Shown: in pieces, positions 37,810 through 50,649 of the stretch
Numbering within the stretch: the stretch's first letter is position 1
How the letters are laid out: the number at the start of each line of letters is the position of its first letter
Notes under the pieces: generated by a model
Told to the model about the DNA's origin: nothing
Seen by the model: the letters and a program-made list of their open reading frames with translations, nothing else
Database searches by the model: none
Source of the DNA: Octopus vulgaris
Lineage: Eukaryota
DNA: 64,000 nucleotides
Assembly: GCA_951406725.2 (NCBI GenBank)
Contig: OX597829.1
Location: 40,300,001-40,364,000 of the forward strand
Direction of reading: 5' to 3'
Position numbers and translations under genes: made by a program

Positions 37810-38116
37810 CATTTGTGTAGTGGATGAAGGACATAGCTTAATTTGATTTAATTTTTCTCATTTGCATGTCATTGAAAGCGAAGGTTCTTCTGTGCCACTG
37901 TCGTATTTACACTGTTCTTAATAGCATGTGCACCCACATGTTATCGGCAGTTCTGGGAAAAAGCCTCGTGCCAAACAAAGACTCTATGGCAGTTCTGTTG
38001 TAATCACTGATGTCATTAGAGGGAAATAGAGGCTGAAACTTTGGAGCAGGGGACTGATCTTTACATTGACCCCAGTGTTTGACCGATACTTATTTTATTG
38101 ACCCTGGAAGGATTAA

Positions 38117-38831
38117 CCCTTTCATTACCAACCCGGCCAAAACCGCCTCTGGCTCTGTAGTACAAATGTCTTGTTTTCTTAAGTTTTGAATTAAAATCTT
38201 CCACCAAACCTTAGTCACAGTTTATGTTCCTAACACCAGCTTAATGATAACAAAGTTATTTTACTAAATTCTTTGTTCTCTCTTTAAAATTAATTGAAAG
38301 AAACACAGAGCATCTAAACAGAAATACAGTAACGAAAGGGTTAAAATATATAATAGAGAAACAATTCTTAACCCTTTTGATACTAACCTGGCTGAAACTG
38401 GCTCTGAGTACAAATGTCTTGTTTTCATAAGTTTTGAATTAAAATCTTCCACCAAACCTTAGTCACAATTTATGTTCCTAACACTAGCTGAATGATAACT
38501 AAGTTATTTTACTAAATTCTTTGTTATATCTAAAATTAATTGAAAGAAACACAGAGCATCTCAACAGAAATACAGTAACGAAAGGGTTAAAATATATAAT
38601 AGAGAAACAATTCTTAATCCTTTTGATACTAACCTGGCTGAAACTGGCTCTGAGTACAAATGTCTTGATTCCATAAGTTTTGAATTAAAATCTTCCTCCA
38701 AACCTAAGTCACAATTTATGTTCCTCACACTAGCTTAATGATAACAAAGTTATTTTACTAAATTCTTTGTTATATTTAAAGTAACTGAAAGAAACACAGA
38801 ACATCTCAAAATAAGTAGGGTAATGAAAGGG
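38117..38831. mobile_element. Composite piggyBac-type MITE E2 trimer inserted in an old SINE A
   Basis: Units 38117-38340, 38372-38586 and 38618-38831, each TTAA-bounded with CCCTTT/AAAGGG-type ends, with identical 23-bp spacers. SINE A sequence resumes across the outer TTAA. Confidence 0.9.
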
Positions 38832-38964
38832 TTAACAGCAAAGTCAGTCTCGGTGGAATTTGAAGTCAGGATGTAAAGGGTTGGAAGAAATTCCACAAGG
38901 TTGTCCGTTCATTGCTCTGATAATTCTGCTGGCTCATCGACTTCACACTATTTATAATAACAGT

Positions 38965-39395
38965 TTAGAATTTTGGTACAGCAAATTTAAGGGGAGGGGT
39001 TAAATAGATTACATCGATCCTAGTATGTTATTTTTTTTTTTTGACCTTGAAAGATTGAGAGGCAAACTTGACTTTGGTGAAATTTGAACTCAGAACGTGG
39101 AGCTGGAAGAAATTTTGATCAAGCATTTTTGTCTAGGTATGGTAAAGGTTCTGCCAGCTCAACACATGTTTATAATAATGGTTTCAAATTTTGGCACAAG
39201 GCCAGCAAGTTCAGAGAAGAAGCTAATTCAATTAAATCACCCCCAGTGCTCAACTGGTACTTATTTTATCAACCCTGAAAGGATGAAAGGCGAAGGCAAC
39301 CTCGGTGGAATTTGAGCTCAGAATGTAAGACGAACAAAATTCCACCAAGCATTTGTTCCTGGGGAGCTAATGATTCTGCCAGCTTGTTGTCTTCA
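38965..39395 (-). mobile_element. Two old SINE A-related copies in tandem
   Basis: GGATGAAAGGC..GAATTTGA(A/G)CTCAGAA cores with TTTTGG(T/C)ACA tails. Confidence 0.7.
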
Positions 39396-41154
39396 ACACC
39401 TGTTTATAATAATAATAGTAATAATAATAATAATGATAATAATAAAGGGACAAGAAGTCAACCCTTAAAAATGAAAAGGTGCAATGAATTATGTAATTCT
39501 AGATATAAATTGTCTGAAATGAAAAATGGAAAGCTCATAACTTGAATACCATTCATCATAGGGTGCTCAATAAAGACGGGGCCCGGGGCTAAACAACAAC
39601 AAAAGCAGTATCTACCAACTCATTCTGTCCCCACCCCGTCACTTCCCTCTGCCTCCTCCCACTGCTTCTGCCTTCCTCCTACCACCTTTTCCTTTCCCCT
39701 ATTGCCTTCTACTATCTCTGTCTCTCTGTCTTCCCTCACCCAACTGAATTTGCCTCATCTATACTATCACCACCTCCTCCTCCTCCTCTACTACCACTCC
39801 TTACATCACTACCTCTGTCTCCTCTTCCACCTCCACTTCTTTCCTTCCTCCCACTGCCACCATTTTTTTGGTTTTGTTTGGTTTTTTTTTTGTTTTGTTT
39901 TTTTGTTTACTGCATGTTTATGATATGTTGAGAAAGTTAACATTTTATTTGTCTCCAACAATTCCATCTTTGTCTACTTTTTTTTAGCTTAGATATTTTA
40001 CAATCTCTACTCCTTGCAACTCAAGTCTCTTTTGATCCTAGACACACACACACACACACACACCACTGAGGTATGTTATTGTGCTGTAATGTGAAGAAAT
40101 ATCTCCTGTTTCAGACAAGAGGTCTTCTTCATTGGAGAAAAAGGGCTCTTCTTCCTTCTTGATGATTCTATCTGGATTTCTCATAATCTCACTATTCTCA
40201 TACCTCGCTCTCCATGTCATTTCTCTTGCAGAAAAATTGTTATATCATGAACAATCTCTCTCTTTCTCTGCATTTCTCAATTCTTTCCTCCTTCTCTCTC
40301 TCTCTCTCTCTCTCTTCATTTCCTCTCTCTCACTCTTTGATTCCGTTCATCTCGTTTCACTCCCACCACCCTCTTGCCTCTTCTTTCTCCTCCCGATTCA
40401 CATTCTTGAACTCCATTAAAATATTATGTATATTTCTAGTTTTGACATAGCGAACCTCTTACCATTTATTCTTTCTTATCTTGCTGTAAAATAGAATAAA
40501 CCCTTCTTGTCTTTGAGGCAGCTTGAGAAGGCTGGCTGACTGAGATTGTCGACTTGGCTAGTCCAACACTGATGTCACCTCTTATTCATAATCTCGTCTT
40601 TATATTCTGGCAGAACAACAACAACAACAGCAACAACAACCACACCAGTTATATCCTCTTGAAAACTAACTTCTTTATTGGTATAACATTTTCCAGTTAG
40701 GAAGGAAAATGAACGGATCTCTTCAAGACCATATTATATTCAAATTATTATTTACTCGATTGTAAATGTTTGTCCAAAGTATTTTTACAAGTTTGTCCTA
40801 AACTTCCATGCTTGTTTTCAGACTTTTAGTTAGCCCTTGTTTCACAAGTTTTCATAAATCCCAAGATACTCAGATGACTGATGTATAGATGCCTGGGCAA
40901 TATGTCCAGTGTAACACATGATACACACGACAGGCAAAGGGTAAATTTTTTTTTTTTTTTTTTGGCATCCTTTAAAAAATGATTCCTTATTCTTCACTGC
41001 TGGACATTGTGTGCTGTCAGTGGAATTGACACCATTGTAAGTATTCCAAGACGAGTCTCTGGCTGGAGAAAATAATTTCTCATTCTTCTGGACTTGGAAA
41101 ATGTCATGAGTACTGTTCTTCCTCCTTTGATTAAAAGAAATGGTCAAGAATTGA

Positions 41155-41377
41155 AGTCGGCGAGCTGGCAGAGACGTTAGCACACCGGGTGATATGCTTA
41201 GTGGTATTTCGTCTGCCGCTAGGTTCTGAGTTCAAATTCCGCCGTGGTCGACTTTGCCTTTCATCCTTTTGGGGTCGATTAAATAAGTACCAATTACGCA
41301 CTGGGGTCGATGTAATCGACTTAATCCGTTTGTTTGTCCCCACTGTGTTTAGCCCCTTGTGGGTAGTAAAGAAATAC
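41155..41377 (+). mobile_element. SINE family A
   Basis: Consensus match. 15-bp TSD GAAATGGT(C/T)AAGAAT. Confidence 0.9.
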
Positions 41378-41564
41378 GAAATGGTTAAGAATATTGTCTC
41401 AAGAGTAAAACCAGGTTCCTCCGGTTATTTGTTTCTTTCAAGCACAGGATCTTGGGTGGCCCATTTATCACCACTGATCTGGTTCTCTTTTAATTCATCC
41501 TGGATTATAATAGTGCCTGAAAATTCTATTTCAAGGTAACTACATAGCTAGTTTACAGATTTAT

Positions 41565-42457
41565 TGGTAAATTCATTGTGATGCCAAATATCTCATTGAT
41601 AAATTCATAAAAGAGGTAAAACAAGGGCAGCCCTCCTTCCAATGCAGTGTCTGTGGCCATGCCTGCCTGCCTGTGTTCAAAATTGGATCCATCAGTGCCA
41701 GGAAAGCTGCAACAGATATGAATATTCCCTGCTATAAATCTTTGCTCACAAAGCCAAGCTGAGAAGAAATTCATTGTCACACTTTCTATCCTCAGAATAA
41801 ATACATCTTTAAACATTAAATATGTCACTTTCTATATAAATGCAAAAACATTTCATCCTTACAAGCTGGAAATTTTTAGAAAATTTCAAAAAGGAAACCG
41901 TGAAGAAATGAAGTGATAATCAAACAGTATATCATCAGTGCAAAAATTCCACATCATAAAAAAAATATATAGCACACTAAGAATTCCAATGCATCATCAA
42001 TGAATATCAAAATCACAAAACATTGGATTATTTAAGCAGCATTGCTCATAATTTTGTCTTTTTCAGAATATTTCTTCCTTCCTCCGATTTCAAAAAAAAA
42101 TTTTTTTTTTTAAGAGGTATCTTTTTACTGCATTATTTTGTGATTCTGTTTTTCAAAGTAAGCTTGCTTCATGTTTCTTTTTTTTTTTTTTCATGCACAT
42201 ATTGAATAAATTTATTGTTAATAATTTATTTGCCTTTGATTCTTTTTTTTCTTTTATTAATGAAATGCAACAAATTTACTCTACAAATAAAAACTTTAAT
42301 GTTTAGTAATATATTTATTCTGTGGATAAAAAGTGTGACGATAACTTTATCAATGATATATTTGGCATGTCAGAAAATTTACTGGCACACTTGGATCCCC
42401 ATCTGACTGATTTACAATGAAATTACGGCTGGAATATTTATGTCAATGAATTTACCA
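41565..42457. mobile_element. Old TIR DNA-transposon derivative with long imperfect inverted repeats
   Basis: TGGTAAATTCATTG/CAATGAATTTACCA ends; about 45-bp IR 41774-41820 vs 42295-42341; ATGCCAAATAT.TCATTGATAAA IR. Confidence 0.55.
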
Positions 42458-42489
42458 GAACACCTATTGATTTCTGTCTCAGTTCACTG

Positions 42490-43540
42490 TCAGGGCTATC
42501 CAGAGATTGAATACTTTTCCACCCATGGTGTCTACAGGGAGAGACACACAAACTCTGAAGTTCTAAGAAGAGCCAATCTGTGTCAGCTGTAAAAGATTGT
42601 GGCGGAAAGAAGAGTGAAACTTGCAGGTCATGCTTTGCATCTAGCAGAAGAAAAGATACCTATTTCTTTACTACCCACAAGGGGCTAAACACAGAGGGGA
42701 CAAACAAGGACAGACAAACGGATTAAGTCGATTATATCGATCCCGGTGCGTAACTGGTACTTATTTAATCGACCCCGAAAGGATGAAAGGCAAAGTCGAC
42801 CTCAGCAGAATTTGAACTCAGAACGTAGCAGCAGACAAATTACCGCTAAGCATTTTGCCCAGCGTGCTAACGTTTCTGCCAGCTCGCCGCCCTCTGAAAA
42901 AATACCTATTTCTTTACTACCCACAAGGGGCTAAACACAGAAGGGACAAACAAGGACAGACAAACGGATTAAGTCGATTATATCGACCCCGGTGCGTAAC
43001 TGGTACTTATTTAATCGACCCCAAAAGGATGAAAGGCAAAGTCGACCTCAGCAAAATTTGAACTCAGAACGTAGCAGCAGACAAAATACCGCTAAGCATT
43101 TTGCCCAGCGTGCTAACGTTTCTGCCAGCTCACCGCCCTCTGAAAAAATACCTATTTCTTTACTACCCACAAAGGGCAAACAAGGACAGACAAACGGATT
43201 AAGTCGATTACATCGACCCCAGTGCATAATTGGTACTTAATTTATCGACCCCAAAAGGATGAAAGGCAAAGTCGACCTCGGCGGAATTTGAACTCAGAAC
43301 ATAATGGCAAACGAAATACGGCTACGCATTTCGCCCAGCGTGCTAACGTTTCTGCCAGCTCGCCACCTCTGAAAAAATACCAATGACAGCTATACAGTAG
43401 GTACTACCAGAGAGATGAAAGAAGAGAAAGCCACCCAGGAAGATGCAGTGCACCACTTACAAAGAATATCTGATGCAACTCAGAATCACTTTGGAAGATG
43501 CAGGTGACTTTGCACAAGATTGAGATTATTGGAGATGTCT
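42490..43540 (+). pseudogene. Old RTE-clade LINE C-terminal fragment split by a SINE A triplet
   Basis: HTNSEVLRRANLCQL*KIVAERRVKLAGHALHLAEEKIP | MTAIQ*VLPER*KKRKPPRK...FAQD*DYWRC. Confidence 0.75.
42661..43367 (-). mobile_element. Three full-length SINE A copies separated by TCTGAAAAAATACC
   Basis: Units 42661-42891, 42907-43137 and 43153-43367. Spacer resembles the left flank GAAAAGATACC. Confidence 0.9.
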
Positions 43541-43772
43541 TATTTCTTTACTACCCACAAGGGGCTAAACATAGAGGGGACAAACAAGGACAGACGAAGG
43601 GATTAAAGTCGATGACATTGACCCCAGTGCATAACTGGTACTTAATTTATCGACCCTGAAAGGATGAAAGGCAAAGTTGACCTCGGTGGAATTGGAACTC
43701 AGAACGTAACAGCAGACGAAATACCGCTAAGCATTTCACCCAGCGCGCTAATGTTTCTGCCAGCTCGCCGCC
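43541..43772 (-). mobile_element. SINE family A
   Basis: Full consensus. Confidence 0.9.
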
Positions 43773-44309
43773 TGAAGAGAGCAAATACAGCTACAAGCAC
43801 ACATGCATGCACACATATACATGACAGACTTCCACATAGTTTCTGCCTACCAAATTCACTCTAAAAGCATTAGTCAGCCCCAGGGGTAAAGCAGAAGACA
43901 TTTGCTCATGATGCTGCACAGTGGGACTGTACCTGAAACTGTGTTCAATTCCTTCAGCTAAAAAAATTTTTTTCAATTTGGTGCTCCAGCACGGCCACAA
44001 TCTAATGACTGAAACAAGTAAAAGATAAAAAGAAAAAGATTAAAGCTGTTACATTTGATGACATAAAAAGACACGTGGGCATGTATCTAATAAGGTACAC
44101 TCCAGTTTCTCTTGAATATAGGCTGGAGAAAGAAAATAGTTTTTAGAGCTTTAAAACTTATGGAGGACCCAGTTTCACATATAGAACCTAGGGTGACTTT
44201 TTGAGACATTCATTTAAAAAAAAAAAAATGCAAAATGCATCTTATATGCCATGAAATTTGATAATTTTGTGTAATGGTTTATTATCCATATTTTCTTACA
44301 CTATCTAAA

Positions 44310-44603
44310 AGAACCATCCGAACGTGGCCGTTGCCAGCGCCGCGCCAACTGGCTTCTGTGCTGGCAGCACGTAAAAAGCACCAACCGATTGTGGCCTTTG
44401 CCAGCTTCACCTTGCACCTGTGCCGGTGGCATGTAAAAAGCACCCACTACACTCACGGAGTGGTTGGCGTTAGGAAGGCCATCCAGCTGTAGAAACACTG
44501 CCAGATCAGACTGGAGCCTGGTGCAGCCTCCTGGCTTCCCAGACCCCGGTCAAACCATCCAACCCATGCTAGCATGGAAAGCGGCCGTTAAACAATGATG
44601 ATG
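44310..44603 (+). mobile_element. Family C retroposon
   Basis: Modules plus GGTTGGCGTTAGGAAGG..CCCATGCTAGCATGGAAA..(TGA)n. Confidence 0.85.
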
Positions 44604-45380
44604 GTCTCAACCAGTTATGTATCTGCTTCTTTAGATATTTGTATGGACTAATGACCCTTATGCTAAACTTTTGGGGAAACTACTAAAGAAGGTCAAGACT
44701 TATAGAGTGAATTTAGTGAATTATATTGAACCTTGGTATATCATCAGTCATGTTTCTGCTCACTGATAACGCTGTCCTATTTATATTCTAATCTCAACAA
44801 TTGCTTTTCTTTTCTCTTTTTTTTTATGTCTTTAAAATATATTGTACCATGTTTTAATGTTTTATTTCTAAGAAAAAGGAAAACAAAAAATCACACTTCT
44901 AAACACACAATGCATTGGTATAGTCCCAATTTGTGAGTTTAATATGCTTCCAAGGAGGTGATATTTCCCAGGCTAAAAACCAAGTCTTTTTATGTGACAC
45001 TACTGAATGGTTAGACAATGGCAATTACAGCTATCCCTGGTTTGCAAGTGTTCATATACTGGTTTACAGGCGGACAAACAGACAGAGAAATAGACAGAAT
45101 AGTATAAGTGGTTTGAACTAAATCTCGTTCTTTCCACCCCCCCATTTCCCCATTGGACATTCTTTAGTACCACTAGGATTGTATATCATTAGAAGTGTTG
45201 GAATCAAGTGTTCTCTAGTGGACGGTTTATACAGAGTGTCTCAACAACTTAGGATCTATGTTGATTGCACATGTACATACATAGCCACAAGGATATATGC
45301 ACACATACATAGAGGCAAGAATACACAAGTATACACACACAGTCCATTATATATTTACATGTGTGTATACACACACAGAG

Positions 45381-45685
45381 TGGAGGCTCAATGGCCCAGT
45401 GGTTAGGGCAGCGCACTCACAGTCAGAGGATTGCGGTTTCGATTCCCAGACCAGGCGTTGTGTGTGTTTATTGAGCGTAAACACCTAAAAGCACCACGAG
45501 GCTCCGGCAGGGGGGTGGGGTGGCGACCCCTGTTGTACTCTTTCGCCACAACTTTTTCTCACTCTCTCTTCCTGTTTCTTGAGTAACGATGCGATGGACT
45601 GGCGTCCCGTCCATCTGGGGGGAACACATACGCCACAGAAACTGGGAAATGCAGCCCATGAGCCTGGCTAGGCTTGAAAAAGGTG
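45381..45685 (+). mobile_element. tRNA-derived SINE with a V-SINE-like motif
   Basis: A-box TGGCCCAGTGG, B-box GTTTCGATTCC, and GCGATGGACTGGCGTCCCGTCCA resembling the V-SINE-type GATGGACTGGC motif. Confidence 0.7.
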
Positions 45686-45919
45686 ATGAAAGAAATACAC
45701 ATACACACACATCACCATAATCATCATTTAACATGTGTTTTCTATGCTGGCATGGGTTGGACAGTTTGACAGGAGCCGGAAAGTTGCATCAGGCTGCAGT
45801 TGTCTGTTTTGGCATGGTTTCTATGACTGAATACCCTTCTTATGCCACCCACTTTACAGAGTGTACTGGGTGCTTTTTTTTTTTTCTGTAGACCAACACC
45901 TGTAAATATATAATAGATA

Positions 45920-46120
45920 CTTTTTTTACTTGTTTCAGTCATTTGACTGCAGCCATGCTGGAGCACCACCTTTAGTCGAGCAAATCGACCCCGGGACTTA
46001 TTCTTTGTAAGCCTAGTACTTATTCTGTCGGTCTCTTTTGCCGAACCACTAAGTGACGGGGACATAAACACACCAGCATTGGTTGTCAAGCAATGCTAGG
46101 GGGACAAACACAGACACAAA

Positions 46121-46181
<61 letters not shown>

Positions 46182-46348
46182 TACGACAGGCTTCTTCCAG
46201 TTTCCGTATACCAAATCCACTCACAAGGCTTTGGTTGGCCCGAGGCTATAGCAGAAGACACCTGTCCAAGATGCCACGCAGTGGGACTGAACCCGGAACC
46301 ATGTGGTTGGTAAGCAAGCTACTTACCACACAGCCACTCCTGCACCTA
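45920..46348 (-). mobile_element. SINE family B, full length
   Basis: Complete consensus on minus strand. Family C fragments flank it (45720-45880, 46430-46530, 46678-46805). Confidence 0.9.
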
Positions 46349-47032
46349 TGTTAACATCATTTATATATTTACATGAAAAACAAAGTGAAAGAAAATAAAT
46401 TTTACGGTAGTGCACCAGGTTCCAGTCTGTTGCCAAATCAGACTGGAGCTTGGTACAGCTCTCTGGTTGACCAGTTCCAGTCAAACCGTCTAACCCATGC
46501 CAGCATGGAAAGCTGACATTGAATGATAATGCGTGTGTTGCTGGGTTTGCATGAGTTTCCAATTCCTGACCCTCGGGTAACAGATAATATGAAGCATATT
46601 AATATAATACATCAATCAAATTTGTTCAGATCATGTGGAAAACAACTTGATGTGAACTACTGGTTCCATACAGAGATCATCATCAATGTCTGTTTTCCAT
46701 GCTGGCATGGATTGGACACTTTGACTGTAACCGGAAAACCAGACGACTGCATCGAGCTCCCCTTTATGTTTTGGCAGGGTTTCTGCAGCTGCATACCCTT
46801 CTTAACATCATATATAAAATAATATATTCAAAAAAAAAAAAAAATATTTCTGGAACCAATTTTACAGATAATGTTTTTCTATGGAAAAGTTTTTATGAAA
46901 AATTCTTATAAAGTTGCCTATGGTGAACTTATGAAATCACAAATATGAGAAACTGGGTGATTAGCAAGCAGAAAGATCTTTTGTTAGTATTCTTTGCCTT
47001 AAGAGGAATTTTAAACAAAGAATCTGTGAATA

Positions 47033-47098
47033 CAGTGGTTTTTAATCTTGGGTGTGGTTTTTAATCTTGGGTGTGGTTTTTAATCATGGGTGTGGTTT
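47033..47098. repeat. 19-bp tandem repeat x3 beginning with a hAT-like end
   Basis: CA(GTGGTTTTTAATCTTGGGT)x3, with one substitution in the third unit. Confidence 0.8.
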
Positions 47099-47890
47099 AT
47101 GATTGGTGAGCAAAATAAATTTATGATTGTTCATATTTTCTGTTATCTACATCTTTTGTTAAATAGTTATCATTACTTCCTGTGTGGGACTTATTTGGAT
47201 ACCATGTTTTGTTGTATAATTTGGAGGTTATGTATTTATTTATTTATTTTTTTGTTCTTGTTTTAAAGTCAGTGGTCACTTAGGTGAAGGCTTATATTGT
47301 ATGTGTACTCATATTAGTGTTTGTGTGGGTGTGGCACACATGCACTTAGAAATATATTTACAAAATAAATGTGGTGATCCACAAAACACCAATGAAAACA
47401 CACTTGTATGCATGTATATGCGCATATGCATACATGTGTTGTTTTTTTCTCTTGTGTACTCACTTATATGTAACTTTGCAACTCTCATATGCTGTGGGCA
47501 CTATTGGACTGATTAGTTTGTCTTAGGTGCTAAAATTGTTATACCTAATTACCAACTGATGAAAGAATTTGAACTTTGCATTTTTATCTGTGCTGTTTTT
47601 TTTTTCGTTTTTTTTCCAGTAATGATGATGATGATGATGATAAACATATCCCTTTGTCCTTCTGTTCTGTTTTTCATAAGACAGTCATATATATATGGTG
47701 TATACTTGTTTTTATATTGAGTTATAATAGAAACTGTTTTACATTAAACTGAAGGATTATTCAACACTTTTGTTGTATTGCTTAGACTTCATTGCACTAA
47801 GCAGGCTGTAACTTCGAAGTCACTGTCAGCATTGTTTTTGTTGAAGAATTGTGTATGTGTGTGTGTTTTGTTAAAGACGTACATGTTTAA

Positions 47891-48096
47891 TATTTCATTT
47901 TGGGATTTGGTTTGCAAGATTCTTTATATGAGTTCGTGTGTTGAAGCATATTCTGTTGTGTCTGGGGAGAGTCGTTTGCAAGACGCAACGAAAATGTTAG
48001 GAAAATAAAAAGAAGAAAAAAAAGTGGAAATTTTACCGGTGAGTGTGTTATATTATAAAGCACAAAAAGAAAATGACTCTCCCCAGACACAACAGA
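47891..48096. mobile_element. PLE-type fold-back remnant with half hammerhead
   Basis: 26-bp arms at 47952-47977 and 48071-48096, one-sided extension, TTGC-AAGAC-GCAA-C-GAAA half motif, 12-bp TSD GTACATGTTTAA (47879-47890, 48097-48108). Confidence 0.7.
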
Positions 48097-48145
48097 GTAC
48101 ATGTTTAAGTTATTTTGTTATTTAAAATATTTTTTTTGCATTTTA

Positions 48146-48191
<46 letters not shown>

Positions 48192-48276
48192 TTTTGTAGT
48201 AGGCTTAGACCAATAAAGTTCCTAAATCCATATTCAACATTTCCAGACATTCACAGTCTTATTTCCAAGTATTTAA

Positions 48277-48491
48277 CCCTTTAGCATTTAAACCGGCCAA
48301 TATCTGACCCAAATATTCTCCTTGTTTTTTTTGCTGAAACCAGCCAAATTTGGGTTCTCACACCTACCCTACAATATCATAGAGCAACTACATCATCAAA
48401 ATCTTGAAGCTACCAGAGAATGCGTAATTAATTTACAATAATGTGAAAGAATAAGTCTTACATCTGACAGAAAAATCTGAATAATAAAGGG
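48277..48491. mobile_element. piggyBac-type MITE family E1
   Basis: TTAA|CCCTTTAGCATTTAAACCGGCC ... TAAAGGG. Confidence 0.8.
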
Positions 48492-48794
48492 TTTAAAAGA
48501 TTTAGCACCTATGTAGTTTCTCATGTAGATTTTTCCACCAAAGAATATTTTTTTTGAAAATTAGGCTTCCACATCAGCTGTACTGTGTTAATTTGTTTGG
48601 TTATGGTCAAATTTTTGAGTATTAATGTATGGACACAAATGTGCATGTGAGCATAGATGTGCATCTGTGCATGAAGAACAAATATACAAAAGTTATATGT
48701 ATTCAAATCACAAAAATCATACAAATAGTTGAATGTACCTTCTACATAGATATACGAATATAAAATCACTTGAATGCTTAATCTCAACATATAT

Positions 48795-49168
48795 TATCAT
48801 CATCATCATCATTTAATGTCCTCTTTCCATGCTAGCATGGGTTGGACGATTTGGCTGAGGTCTGGCGAACCAAAACTCCAATCTGATCTGGCAGAGTTTC
48901 TACAGTTGGATGCCCTTCCTAACACCAATTACTCTGAGAGCGTAGTGGGTGCTTTTACATGCCACTGGCACGAGGGCCAGTTTGGTGGAACTGGCAACGG
49001 CCATGCCCAAACGGTGCTTTTTATGTGCCACCTGTACAGGAGCCAGTCCAGCAGCACTGACGACGACCTCGCTCCACAAGTGCTAGTAAGGCGACACGGT
49101 AACGATCACGCTTGAATGGTGTGCTTAACGTGCCATCGGCACGAAGGCCAGCTTGGTACTCTGGCAAA
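48795..49168 (-). mobile_element. Family C retroposon
   Basis: (ATC)n tail, GGATGCCCTTCCTAAC, modules. Confidence 0.8.
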
Positions 49169-49574
49169 TAGGAATTATATTTATCCAAAAGTTACATAAA
49201 AAATGAGAATGTTAAAAATATTATTCAACAAGCATTTAGAAATTGGTTAACGGTTGATTAAAAATCATAATAATTGGTACCAATGTTGTTATAAAAATTA
49301 GAAGAGGCTCTTGAATGCTTAACGAAGACATTAATGTATAAAGACTAGACATAAAATTTGCATAATCATTGACATGCCTTTGTGTAAGATCATAAATAAT
49401 GACAATATCATATGAAATTATGAAATCATGTAGGTGGTTGAATTAAGGGTTAATCAGTCCATTGCTTTATGTTGTCGCTTTTTGGGGATGTGTGAGTTTT
49501 GACTTGCTTTGTTTCAGGAGGGAGATACAAGTAAAGGGTTTTTTTTTCTGGTCCTATTAATGCATTATTACCAT

Positions 49575-49965
49575 TGTATGTATGTTATATGTGTGTGTGT
49601 GTGTGTGTATATATGTATGAAAACACAGTCAAGTGTATTTGTAGGCATGTGTATGTGTGTATATATATATATATATAGATAGATAGATGATGTATATATA
49701 TGTGTATGTATATATATGTGTATATATATATATGTGCATATATATATATATATGTGTGTGTACATATATATGTATATATATATGTGTATATATGTGTGTA
49801 TATATATATATATATGTGTATATATGTGTATATATATATGTGTATATATATATATGTTTATATATATGTATGTTTATATATATGTATGTATATATGTGTG
49901 TATGTGTATATATGTATGTGGACAAATGTGTGTATACGTATATATACACACACACACACACATAC
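49575..49965. repeat. Compound (TA)/(TG) microsatellite
   Basis: Seen directly. Confidence 0.95.
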
Positions 49966-50649
49966 AGACTCTGTTTCTGAAACCATCTTATTGCTTACTT
50001 ACATCTGTTTCTTCCCCCCCTCTCTCTCTCTCTCTCGCTTGCTGTCTCACTGTACTGCTTTCCTTCTTTCAATTCATTCCTGCCTCCCTGACCCCCCATC
50101 CTTCCCCCCTCCCCCTCTCTCTCTCTCTCTCTCTCTCTCCCTTCCTCCAAATACCTTTCACCATTGTCTTCTCCATTGTTCTCGGAAGAACAATAGCAAA
50201 GGACATGTGTTTCGCATTGCTCCTTCTTCACTCTCCCTTATAATGTATTTCCCTCTCTCCTCTTTCCTCCACATTCCTATCACCTCTCTTTCTCAATCGC
50301 TCTGGCTATATTTACTGAACACAATAGAACGCTGTCTTGTGCTCTAAAAGTCATTTTTCTTATATAATTCTCCCAAACCTTCAAGATCAAATAGTCAAAG
50401 ATCATTTTTTAAAAATCATTTTTCTTTATTTGATCATTTTTCTTTACAGTCTATACCATAATGCCTTGACCTTTTTATATGAGTCTTCATCATTATATAC
50501 CTTAAGCTTTCACTATAAGCCTACATGGTAATCTATGTACATGATAATGTATCTCAACTTTTCTTTCTCTCTATAAACATATTTTCTATAATAATGTACT
50601 TTGATTACCTTAACCGTTTTTGGTAGTCTTCCTAATAATGTATCCCAAA

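Noticed and set aside
38113-38835. Repeat-spacer array resembling CRISPR
   Set aside because: Spacers are identical, the long units are TTAA-bounded MITEs, there are no cas genes and the context is eukaryotic.
47952-48096. Exon-intron editing duplex around ACCG|GTGAGT, or a miRNA hairpin
   Set aside because: The 12-bp TSD and one-sided extension fit the fold-back insertion class. The loop is too long for a pre-miRNA and no exon ORF is evident.
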